From a virus: 64,000 nt of DNA. Below the pieces are notes generated by a model. That model was given only the letters and a program-made list of their open reading frames with translations, was not told the DNA's origin and searched no databases. Shown one piece after another: positions 7,233 through 16,054 of this stretch (position 1 is the stretch's first letter; each line of letters begins with the position of its first letter). The stretch spans positions 21,487 to 85,486 of IMG/VR virus record IMGVR_UViG_3300031963_000063; one strand, written 5' to 3'. The translations under genes and the position numbers were made by a program.

Positions 7233-7261
7233 ATTATAAAGGGTTTTATTGTGGTTGTCAA
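7233..7261 (-). promoter_or_regulatory. Consensus sigma70 promoter
   Basis: TTGACA-N17-TATAAT. Confidence 0.85.
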
Positions 7262-7455
7262 CCCTCTTCCGAAGATTCGGGAGTAATATCAGGCACTGGA
7301 TGAGTGATAGTTATTTCTATTTTATGTTCTGGTCCATGCTCTTCTAACATTTGTGTCACTTGTTCGATTGTATAACCAGTATCATTTGCTGGGTCTGCAG
7401 TCAAATGATAAACATGCATCAAAGGCATGGTAAGTGTTTCAGTTCTTGTTGCCAT
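7258..7455 (-). CDS. Hypothetical protein
   Basis: ORF track; GGAGG RBS; last gene of the GT cassette. Confidence 0.6.
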   Translation of the reverse strand: MATRTETLTMPLMHVYHLTADPANDTGYTIEQVTQMLEEHGPEHKIEITITHPVPDITPESSEEG

Positions 7456-7456
7456 T

Positions 7457-8485
7457 TTAATTTTTCCTCCAAAGTTCTTTTGAAAACTGGACCCAATCTT
7501 CTATTCGGGTATCCCAGCTGTACTGTTTATTTATTACTTCAACTTGATATTGTGAATCAAATTGACCAGTTCGGTATTCCGTAAGTGTTCTTTTTAGTTC
7601 TCTAGTAAATCTTTCAATATGTTTTTTTCTGTCTGGAATAAACCCATAATGACGAGAAAATCCCATTCCAGTTTCTGGAAGAGCACCAAGATTACTGGTG
7701 AGAACAGAACATCCAGCAGAAAGTGCTTCGATCATGCAAATGCATGATGTTTCTAGAAAATAAGTTGGGTACGCAAAGATATGCGTATTCATAAGTTGCT
7801 CTCTAATTTTTGAGTTATTTGTTCTAGTGTGGCGAACAACTCTTTTATCAGCATTGGCAAGTCTTAAACAATAACGAAGAAACTCTTCCTCTTGAGGAAG
7901 AACATGAGAATACTCATAAGTCTGAAGTCCTTGCTGATATTGTTTTTTACGTTCATCTGGATCAAGTTCATGAAAAATATGAAGTTCAAAATCTTCCTCT
8001 GGAATAAGTTTAATTGATTCAAGAAGAATATCTAAACCACGAATTGGATTCGGATGAAATATTAACTGCAATTTACCATCGGGTTTTTTGTGAGGTTCAA
8101 AAGGTTTAATCGCATTTTTCAAAACATAACATTTTTCCATTGGCATTTTGAAAGCTTCCATGAACCTTTCATATTGCCAATTAGAAACGAAGACAAATGC
8201 TTTGAAATATTTTACAAATTGAGGATCCATTAGATTCTCAAGATCTTGCTCTACATGATGAGGATGCAACCAGACAATATTTGAATTGTCTGGTGCGATT
8301 ACATTATCTCCAGGTATGACACACCAATGCCAATCAGCAAGATCTGGTGCTGCTGGAAGAACAAGGTCTTGCCATGCACGACCCATGATTTCTGTCCCAC
8401 CAACCCCATCAGGGTTGAGCACTGCCTCAAGAAGAGGTGGCATATTGTTATGCAGATATTCTGGTTTTGTATTAACTTCAGTCAT
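7457..8485 (-). CDS. Glycosyltransferase (GT-B, GT4-like)
   Basis: GVGGTE N-terminal motif, FVSNWQ, RGLDIL, ETSCICMIEA (EX7E), GALPET. Confidence 0.85.
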   Translation of the reverse strand: MTEVNTKPEYLHNNMPPLLEAVLNPDGVGGTEIMGRAWQDLVLPAAPDLADWHWCVIPGDNVIAPDNSNIVWLHPHHVEQDLENLMDPQFVKYFKAFVFVSNWQYERFMEAFKMPMEKCYVLKNAIKPFEPHKKPDGKLQLIFHPNPIRGLDILLESIKLIPEEDFELHIFHELDPDERKKQYQQGLQTYEYSHVLPQEEEFLRYCLRLANADKRVVRHTRTNNSKIREQLMNTHIFAYPTYFLETSCICMIEALSAGCSVLTSNLGALPETGMGFSRHYGFIPDRKKHIERFTRELKRTLTEYRTGQFDSQYQVEVINKQYSWDTRIEDWVQFSKELWRKN

Positions 8486-9324
8486 AGTACCTCCTCAATA
8501 AATTTAGACATTGGCGATTTCTTAAAGATTTCAAGACCCCTTTCTGCCTGAGCATCAAGTTCTTCTGGTTTTTTAAGAAGTTTGTATGCTGTATCAACAA
8601 AACGATTGTAAGTTGATGTAAATACTGTACCCTCCATGTACTCAGGGAAATCAGTGTCATGATTTCTTTCAGAAAGAACGGGAACTTTATTTTGAATAAG
8701 ATGTGTCACTCTTACCATCTCAAAGATTTGATTATCCATATTATGGAGATTGATAACTAACTTTGCTCTTTTAATAAGTTCATCTCTTTCATCTCCATAG
8801 GTACTTTGAATATGCATAAAATTTATTTTTTTATTTGATGCAAATTGATCTAAAATATGAGTTCTTCTTGGAGTTGGACACCCATAAAAAAGAATGTCAA
8901 TATCACGATCTTCTGGTTTGTTTCTTTCAAAGTAGGAAATTTCAGGAACGTAACCGATCTTACAGTGCTTAATATTTTCTACACCTACTTTACGTAATAT
9001 CTCAACATTTCGCATTGAATAATCCCACACTTCAAGACCACGATATTTGCGGCACCAACGTAAACATTCTGGTCCGTCTTTCATCTGTTCAAGAGAATAG
9101 ACGATTGTATCTTTTGGAATATCATGCCTCACCACATCTACTGGACAGTGGTGCATTCCAAAGACAATATTTTTCTTATCGGTAGCAAAATCATTTACAC
9201 TATTTGTAACATCATGTCCCAACTCTTGTAAAGAAAAGAACATTGCTGCTTCAATCTCATGAAAGACTTGAGAGTGAACATAAAAACCATTATCAGGTAC
9301 AATTCTTACTAAATTAAATTTCAT
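8482..9324 (-). CDS. Putative glycosyltransferase (GT-B, YkvP/CgeB-like)
   Basis: DIDILFYG...RR, AKLVINLH, FEMVRV, PVLSE. Confidence 0.65.
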   Translation of the reverse strand: MKFNLVRIVPDNGFYVHSQVFHEIEAAMFFSLQELGHDVTNSVNDFATDKKNIVFGMHHCPVDVVRHDIPKDTIVYSLEQMKDGPECLRWCRKYRGLEVWDYSMRNVEILRKVGVENIKHCKIGYVPEISYFERNKPEDRDIDILFYGCPTPRRTHILDQFASNKKINFMHIQSTYGDERDELIKRAKLVINLHNMDNQIFEMVRVTHLIQNKVPVLSERNHDTDFPEYMEGTVFTSTYNRFVDTAYKLLKKPEELDAQAERGLEIFKKSPMSKFIEEVL

Positions 9325-10741
9325 GAATAAACTCTCCAAAATTCTTTTTAATTTCATCAATTAAATTTATATCCGCACAAATAACACCCAATCCATTACA
9401 ATGACCAAAATTTGTTTTTGGTATATTGATTTCTTTAAAAAACTCACCTACACCAAAATCTTTGACCATAGTATCATGCATTATTATTATGCCATTTTTC
9501 TTTACAAATTTTGTCCATTTTTCAAAATCATTTTTAACTGCTTCATAAGTATGCAGTCCATCAATATGAAGGACATCAATTTGCTTATCCCAGTTTTTAA
9601 CTACATCATCAAAGAATCCTTTAATAAAAGTAATATTATTCAGTTCAAGTTCTTTTTGCTTCTCTAAAACATAATCATAGGTATTTCTAATTCCCGCATG
9701 TTGATCTCCTTCAAAACTATCAATACCATAAATGTGTCCAATCTCTGGAAGTGCGAAGCAAAATGTAGAATAACCATAATCAACACCTAAGTCTACCACA
9801 ACTTCTGGTTGAACTCTACGAATTAACCAGTCAGCAAAAAGTCTGTGATCTCTCCAGTTAAAATTGCCCATAGAACCAATTTCTGTGAGAGTATGAACTT
9901 TGCTATATCGACGATTTTCTTCATCACTCTTTATACTTTCATCATACATCTCTCTCGGATAATAAATGAAATATCTTTCCAGACCTTGATTATCATACTG
10001 ATGATGACGACGATAATGAAAGCAATGTTGTTTTGGAATACCAGTTGCCATCCAAAGTTCAAAACAATAACGATAGTTTTGTAGCTCTCTCATCATTGCT
10101 TCAACATCCATGTACTCTTCAATCTTAAGTGGATGCTTCAGTTTGCGGATGTAATCATTTCGTGCCCACCAGAAGTTTCCTGCATAGTGTTGAACAACAA
10201 AATCAAGTTTAATATCGTGCCGTTCTACCCAATCAACACCACAACAATCATATCCCTCATCTAATTTAGCAATACAGTCCTCCCACTTTTCAATGTTGTA
10301 ATACTGCATATAGTGTCTCCAGTCCTTAATCGCACCAGGAATATGGGTTGAATAAGAAACCATTCCTTTATTATGGAAGTAAAAAACATATCCATCATCT
10401 TCTTGGCAGTGATCATAAATTTTTGCAAGAGTCTGACCCTCATAAAAATTTGGTTGTTCACCTACAGACCTCATATCAATAATATTAACAAATGGATATC
10501 TATCTTTTATATAACCAGTTACCATCTGGTCATAGGAATGTCCAGTTTTAGAATTATAAAGACCTAAAGGTAGAGTAATACACATATTAATGATTGCCTT
10601 CTCAGAAAGACCAACCGTTTTTAGTAAACTCATTTGTTCATCAACCCACCAGATCCACATATTATTAGTGTCTGGTATATAAAGATGGTAAAATACCGTG
10701 ATAGTTTTTGGTATCTGCTTTTCGTTCTTATAATTTAACAT
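9314..10741 (-). CDS. Fusion of putative glycosyltransferase-like domain and class I SAM methyltransferase
   Basis: N-half YFHNKG / HYAGNFWWA; C-half DLGVDYGYS, LHIDGLHTYEAVKND, IIMHD. Confidence 0.75.
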   Translation of the reverse strand: MLNYKNEKQIPKTITVFYHLYIPDTNNMWIWWVDEQMSLLKTVGLSEKAIINMCITLPLGLYNSKTGHSYDQMVTGYIKDRYPFVNIIDMRSVGEQPNFYEGQTLAKIYDHCQEDDGYVFYFHNKGMVSYSTHIPGAIKDWRHYMQYYNIEKWEDCIAKLDEGYDCCGVDWVERHDIKLDFVVQHYAGNFWWARNDYIRKLKHPLKIEEYMDVEAMMRELQNYRYCFELWMATGIPKQHCFHYRRHHQYDNQGLERYFIYYPREMYDESIKSDEENRRYSKVHTLTEIGSMGNFNWRDHRLFADWLIRRVQPEVVVDLGVDYGYSTFCFALPEIGHIYGIDSFEGDQHAGIRNTYDYVLEKQKELELNNITFIKGFFDDVVKNWDKQIDVLHIDGLHTYEAVKNDFEKWTKFVKKNGIIIMHDTMVKDFGVGEFFKEINIPKTNFGHCNGLGVICADINLIDEIKKNFGEFIHEI

Positions 10742-11427
10742 ACAATAGCACTCTTAACGTGACCAACAATTACTGAAGGATCTACATAAACATTATAACC
10801 ACTTTCGGTTACTCTTTCACAAAAATATAAATCTTCTCCTAGTGGAAGTTCATAATTAACACCATCAACCTCTTGAATAACTTTTCCAAGTCCAAACCAA
10901 GGTCTTTTAAGTGATTCGAAAACACCAAATTTTACACACATGAAACCCAATCCAACACCATAGACTGGTATTGGAGTTTCATTTTTTTGCAATTCTTTTA
11001 ATTCTTCTCTTGTCATTGGTCGAAAATCATTCTTTTTACGATGGACCATAGCATCCATTCCTCTAGATTCAAAATATATTCCAGAAATTAAATCTTTATC
11101 CGAAACAAGAAGTTTTAAAAAATGTTCTGGATTCCAAACGATATCACTATCAATCATAAAAAGTTTATCGTAAGTGTATAGATGCTTTCCAGGAGAAGAA
11201 TTGAAAACTTCTAAGTTACGACTTCCAGTGATAGTAGCCTCTCTTGCATTTGTAACTAGAGAGGCGTGTTCACTTTGATAAAACCAAGAAATTTTATTTT
11301 CTTGAAGGGTTTGAATTGTTGCCATTAAACATTTTACATATTCGGCACACATTTTATCCCCAGGTGTTGTAATAACCACATTATAATGTGGTTTCTGTTG
11401 CTTTACTTGATTAGAATAATTTAACAT
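10735..11427 (-). CDS. Glycosyltransferase (GT-A fold)
   Basis: MIDSD (DxD), GLGFMCVK, GEDLYFC, VGHVK. Confidence 0.8.
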   Translation of the reverse strand: MLNYSNQVKQQKPHYNVVITTPGDKMCAEYVKCLMATIQTLQENKISWFYQSEHASLVTNAREATITGSRNLEVFNSSPGKHLYTYDKLFMIDSDIVWNPEHFLKLLVSDKDLISGIYFESRGMDAMVHRKKNDFRPMTREELKELQKNETPIPVYGVGLGFMCVKFGVFESLKRPWFGLGKVIQEVDGVNYELPLGEDLYFCERVTESGYNVYVDPSVIVGHVKSAIVC

Positions 11428-11431
11428 GTTT

Positions 11432-12151
11432 TTAAATAATTATCATTTTTTGATGTCCAACACGTACTTTTGGATTAACCCAAATATCAAATCCGTGCTT
11501 TCTAAATTCTTCACACATAGAAATGTCCTCAGACCCAACATCTTGTAAAATTACACCATCTGGTCTTTTTAATTCAACAACACGAGGAACAAACCAAGGA
11601 TAAGGAATTTTTTCATATACACCTTTTTTAATTAAAATCCAACCAAATCCACAATAATCAACCTTAAAGGGTTCGGATCGTCTTGCCATATCTTCTGCTG
11701 TTTCATATCTATTTGATCCTTTTTCGTAAAGTTCTTGATCATCTTCATGCTCTACAACGGTCGTTTTATTAGTTACTAATCCACCATTTGACTGCAAATA
11801 CCATCCAGAAGCAACATCTTTATTCATTTTGATAAGTTCAAGAAGGTCCTCTGTTGTAAAAATAATATCACTATCGATCCACATAATATAGTCATATGGA
11901 ATTTTTCCCCTAAAAGGCGTTAACATTGTTCCAGCATAATTATCTGCTTCCAGACAATCACTCCTTGCATGATTGACCATTGAGCTATATTTTTGAGAAA
12001 TATAAAAATTAATACCCAATTGATTTAGATCAAAAATTAATTTTATAAATTGCGTCATGAAAGTTCCAGAGTACATTAGACCTGGAAGACAAAATGCTAT
12101 TGTCTTTCCTTTCAAACTATTATTCGATTGATTTGTATAATTTAGAGGCAT
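11432..12151 (-). CDS. Glycosyltransferase (GT-A fold), paralog of 10735-11427
   Basis: WIDSD, GFGWILIK, SEDISMC, VGHQK. Confidence 0.8.
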   Translation of the reverse strand: MPLNYTNQSNNSLKGKTIAFCLPGLMYSGTFMTQFIKLIFDLNQLGINFYISQKYSSMVNHARSDCLEADNYAGTMLTPFRGKIPYDYIMWIDSDIIFTTEDLLELIKMNKDVASGWYLQSNGGLVTNKTTVVEHEDDQELYEKGSNRYETAEDMARRSEPFKVDYCGFGWILIKKGVYEKIPYPWFVPRVVELKRPDGVILQDVGSEDISMCEEFRKHGFDIWVNPKVRVGHQKMIII

Positions 12152-12197
12152 ACAATAAAGTCAATATAGAATTCATTATAACATAGTTATACAAGTT

Positions 12198-15100
12198 TTA
12201 CCACCATGTAATTCGAATATATCCATCACCACCATTACCACCGAGTCCAAAAAAATCTTCCTCAGGTGCATAACCTCCGCCACCACCTCCGCCGCCTCCA
12301 GTGCCGCTTCCACCATTTCCTGCACCATAGGCAGGTGATGTGTCTGCAAATGAATAAAAACCAGATAATCCAACCGCATATAATTTATTATTAGCCATTG
12401 CAGTATCCATTATGTCATTAAAAGTATTATTCCAAATTCCTCTCCAAACAATCAAATCTGTAGAGACTCTCAATACTCCCGAAGCCGCAGTAAGAGCATA
12501 ATATCCACTCATATAATTAATAGAATATATTGGCTGTACTGTTGCTGCAGTTCTAAGTTGCCAATGTATAGTATCAGTTGAAGATGCTAAAAATCCATTA
12601 CCACCTCCAGTTATAAAAATATTACTAGACTCATTAATAACCAAAGATCTCAATTCATTCGTGGTAGGAATTCCTGAAGTTCTCAGTACCCAATGAATTG
12701 CATCACTAGAAACAGACACTCTGGCGGCAGTGCCAGCAGTGATATATCTATGAGCAGTGCCTACAGATGCCCGAACTTTATAGTATGGGGGAGTATGTGC
12801 GCCAGTTCTTAAAGTCCAATGAATCGTATCTGTTGATGATGCCAGACGATTTGAACCAGTGAGTGCTGCAACCCATTTTTCTGTTACCAAATTATTGTAA
12901 GCTACAGAATAGATGATCAGACCAGCCGAGGGAACTGTTCTTACACTCCAATTTACTCCAGAATTAGTAGATACTGCAAGACCACCAGCATTATTAAATG
13001 CCACTATATCAAAAGGTGCTCCTGCTGGAGGCGCATATAATAAAACGTCTCCGCCGCCAAAGACATAGGTAAGAGTCCAATCTGAACTTTGAACAGGTGA
13101 AGAATTAACAGCATAATAATATCCCCCATTAATACTACCAACAAAGTATCTTCCCGAAGTATTAGATATCTCAATAGAACCATGACTATTGAAACTTAAC
13201 GTTCTTGTATGCCAAGTATGAGGTCCTCTAGACTCTGCTCCGCCGCCACCTCCTCCACTACCAATATACATTACAGATGATAATGAGATCGCTGATGGTG
13301 CATTTAATGTTTGGGATAACTGCGCTTTTTGATTTATAGATAGATCAGCAGTTCCACCAAGACTAACACGACTAGTTTGATCATTATATGCTATTATACC
13401 AGCAGATCCACCTCTAGCAGATCCCCATCCACCACCCGCACCACCAGTTGATATATAAGAAAATGTACCAGCAATATTACTACCAGCACCGGCACTAGAA
13501 CTTGGACTAACTCCACCTTGACCACTTCTTGAAATTAAAAATCCTTTTTTTCCTGTAGGAGTAATGATTGCTCCAGCTCCTCCTCCGCCAGCTGCCGCAA
13601 CACCACCAGATCCAGATGTTATAATAATTGATGCAGTGGTTGTTCCTAATTGAGAATGCTTATATACAAAATTTATCGAGGTATTACCACCAGATCCACC
13701 ATTGCCATTGATACCACCAACAGCTGCAATTGTGGTTCCATCCGAATCAATTGATGTAATTGATTTAGTTGCAAATAATGCAGTTCTATTAGACCAGTGA
13801 ATTGTATCTGTTGAAGTAGCCAATTGCCCTAGACTATTTCCTGCAATATAAAGATTTGAACTAATAGAATTTACAATATTAGTAACGCCAGTAAATCCAG
13901 GAACAGTTCTTAAAGACCATTGAATTCCATCTGTAGAAACTATGAATTGATTAGTAGTTTGTGTAAAAGATGCAAAATATTTAAATGCAGATGTAAAAGA
14001 ACTGGCGGTAATATTATTAATAGTATTAATAGTTCCGGATGTTCTTGCAGTCCAGTGAATTGCATCAGTTGAAGATCGTATAAGACTTGAATTTCCTAAA
14101 ATAAAGAGAGAATCTTTAAAAGCAAGAAATGTACTATTAACACCGATAGATGCACCTACAGTTCTATTAGTCCAGTGAATTGTGTTCGTCGAAGTAACAT
14201 ATCCACCAGAAGTAGTAGCGACCAGATATACTGTTCCTGTTGTATTTGTACCCTCAGATATAGAAGTAACATTGCCAGAAACATTTGATCCAAGAGTTCT
14301 TAAAGACCATTGAATTCCATTTGTGGAGGTAGCAAGATGTCTATTTAGAAATGACGTACTTAGCATAGATATTGAACTCAATTTTGAATTAAAAACCTTA
14401 CTGACTTCATTACCTGCTAAAGTTCTTAAGGACCAATTAATACCATTTGTGGATGTAATTGGACCAAAGGGTCCACCAATGATAAATTTCATATTAGAAC
14501 TATATGAAATGGCAGAAAGTGTTGCACTATTAGTCGCAAGACCAGATCTTCCTTGAGTCCAAATGATACCATCTGTGCTGATGGATACACCTCGATTATT
14601 GCCACCCACACCACCAGATCCAACAGTTAGATTTAACCAATCCAATCCATATAAATCACGATCTATAATATAAGATTCATAAGCACCCGAACCGCCGCCA
14701 GCACCAGCATAAGATCCAAAGAAAGAAGCCCCAACTGATGCAGATGCACCACCACCTCCTGCACCCATTGCTTCAATATACAAAGTAGAAGCTGATCGTG
14801 GAATATTAAATGTATATGAACCAGGTATATCATAAAGCACTGAACCTCTTGCACTTTCCGTAGTTCCTTTTTTAGGAACCCATTTTTTAGAAGCTATATT
14901 AGAAGTTACAATTTTTCCGGTTTGTAAAGGTGTACTACTACCATTTAAAAGTAGAATGTTTTTACTATTTGAATAATGTAAATCAGAAAAATAAGTAAAA
15001 GTTCCTATATTAATAGTTGTTTTCAAACCCCAATGAATTGTATCTGTTGAACTATGTACAGATGTTGTATTAAAACTCGATAGAGCAAAAGCCTGATTGT

Positions 15101-16028
15101 TAGCACTAACAACGTCAACAAAACTACTAGAACTAGGTATACCACCAGTTCTCATTACCCAATTAATTGTGTCAGTTGATACTATAACAGAACCAATAGT
15201 ACCGACAAGTAAGTATAAATTATCGACATACGTTTGGTCATAATAGATATAATCTGTTGGAATAGTTCTAAGTTCCCAATGAATTGAATTAGTGGAAACT
15301 GAAACTCTACCAACATTACCAATATCATTTTCTTCTGTTGTCATTATATAAAGGCTATTTACATAATTAATACTTCTAATAGTAGAATTTGCTGAGAAAG
15401 CAGCACTTGATCTAGATTGCCAAAAAATTCCATTGGTAGATGTTACATACGCATTTAGTGGTCCAAATAAATGGTGAGATCCATTAAGATATGAGTAATC
15501 ATAATAATAGTAATTTATACTAGGTGGAGGTTGTAAAGTTCTTAAAGTCCAATGAATTGTATCTGTTGAAGTTACTGCAAAATTTCCACCACTAACGGTA
15601 TATCTACCAGTTGCAACATATACTCCACCACCAGCTCCAACGACGTAAACACCTTGAACTATTGTGGGGTCAACACCAGGATATCCTGGGACTGGATCAG
15701 ATGGAAAAGGTAAGGTGCGTATAGACCAAGTAATTGCATCAGTAGAAGCTAATAATAATCCAGAAAGAGAGTATACACCCAAATCCTGTTGCAAATATCC
15801 AGTGATAAAATAATCATTGGTAGATGCAATATTTGCAACATCTGTAAAACGTGGAGGAATCGTTCTTATTATCCATTGTTCTCCATCATAATTTGTGACG
15901 GATAAAACCAATTCTGAACCACTGGGATTCGGATAAGAGTTATTATCCAAATATGCTTTATTGACAGCATCATCTGGATTATCTACTACATATACTTCTG
16001 TGACTTTATTAGAATCTAGTCTAGCCAT
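12198..16028 (-). CDS. Large virion/fibre protein with Asp-box-like STDxIHWTLRT repeats and Gly-rich domain
   Basis: DAVNKAYLD neck motif, >20 STxxIxWxxRT repeats, C-terminal GGNGGDGYIRITWW. Confidence 0.7.
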   Translation of the reverse strand: MARLDSNKVTEVYVVDNPDDAVNKAYLDNNSYPNPSGSELVLSVTNYDGEQWIIRTIPPRFTDVANIASTNDYFITGYLQQDLGVYSLSGLLLASTDAITWSIRTLPFPSDPVPGYPGVDPTIVQGVYVVGAGGGVYVATGRYTVSGGNFAVTSTDTIHWTLRTLQPPPSINYYYYDYSYLNGSHHLFGPLNAYVTSTNGIFWQSRSSAAFSANSTIRSINYVNSLYIMTTEENDIGNVGRVSVSTNSIHWELRTIPTDYIYYDQTYVDNLYLLVGTIGSVIVSTDTINWVMRTGGIPSSSSFVDVVSANNQAFALSSFNTTSVHSSTDTIHWGLKTTINIGTFTYFSDLHYSNSKNILLLNGSSTPLQTGKIVTSNIASKKWVPKKGTTESARGSVLYDIPGSYTFNIPRSASTLYIEAMGAGGGGASASVGASFFGSYAGAGGGSGAYESYIIDRDLYGLDWLNLTVGSGGVGGNNRGVSISTDGIIWTQGRSGLATNSATLSAISYSSNMKFIIGGPFGPITSTNGINWSLRTLAGNEVSKVFNSKLSSISMLSTSFLNRHLATSTNGIQWSLRTLGSNVSGNVTSISEGTNTTGTVYLVATTSGGYVTSTNTIHWTNRTVGASIGVNSTFLAFKDSLFILGNSSLIRSSTDAIHWTARTSGTINTINNITASSFTSAFKYFASFTQTTNQFIVSTDGIQWSLRTVPGFTGVTNIVNSISSNLYIAGNSLGQLATSTDTIHWSNRTALFATKSITSIDSDGTTIAAVGGINGNGGSGGNTSINFVYKHSQLGTTTASIIITSGSGGVAAAGGGGAGAIITPTGKKGFLISRSGQGGVSPSSSAGAGSNIAGTFSYISTGGAGGGWGSARGGSAGIIAYNDQTSRVSLGGTADLSINQKAQLSQTLNAPSAISLSSVMYIGSGGGGGGAESRGPHTWHTRTLSFNSHGSIEISNTSGRYFVGSINGGYYYAVNSSPVQSSDWTLTYVFGGGDVLLYAPPAGAPFDIVAFNNAGGLAVSTNSGVNWSVRTVPSAGLIIYSVAYNNLVTEKWVAALTGSNRLASSTDTIHWTLRTGAHTPPYYKVRASVGTAHRYITAGTAARVSVSSDAIHWVLRTSGIPTTNELRSLVINESSNIFITGGGNGFLASSTDTIHWQLRTAATVQPIYSINYMSGYYALTAASGVLRVSTDLIVWRGIWNNTFNDIMDTAMANNKLYAVGLSGFYSFADTSPAYGAGNGGSGTGGGGGGGGGYAPEEDFFGLGGNGGDGYIRITWW

Positions 16029-16054
16029 TTATGTTTATCCATATAAAATATTTA

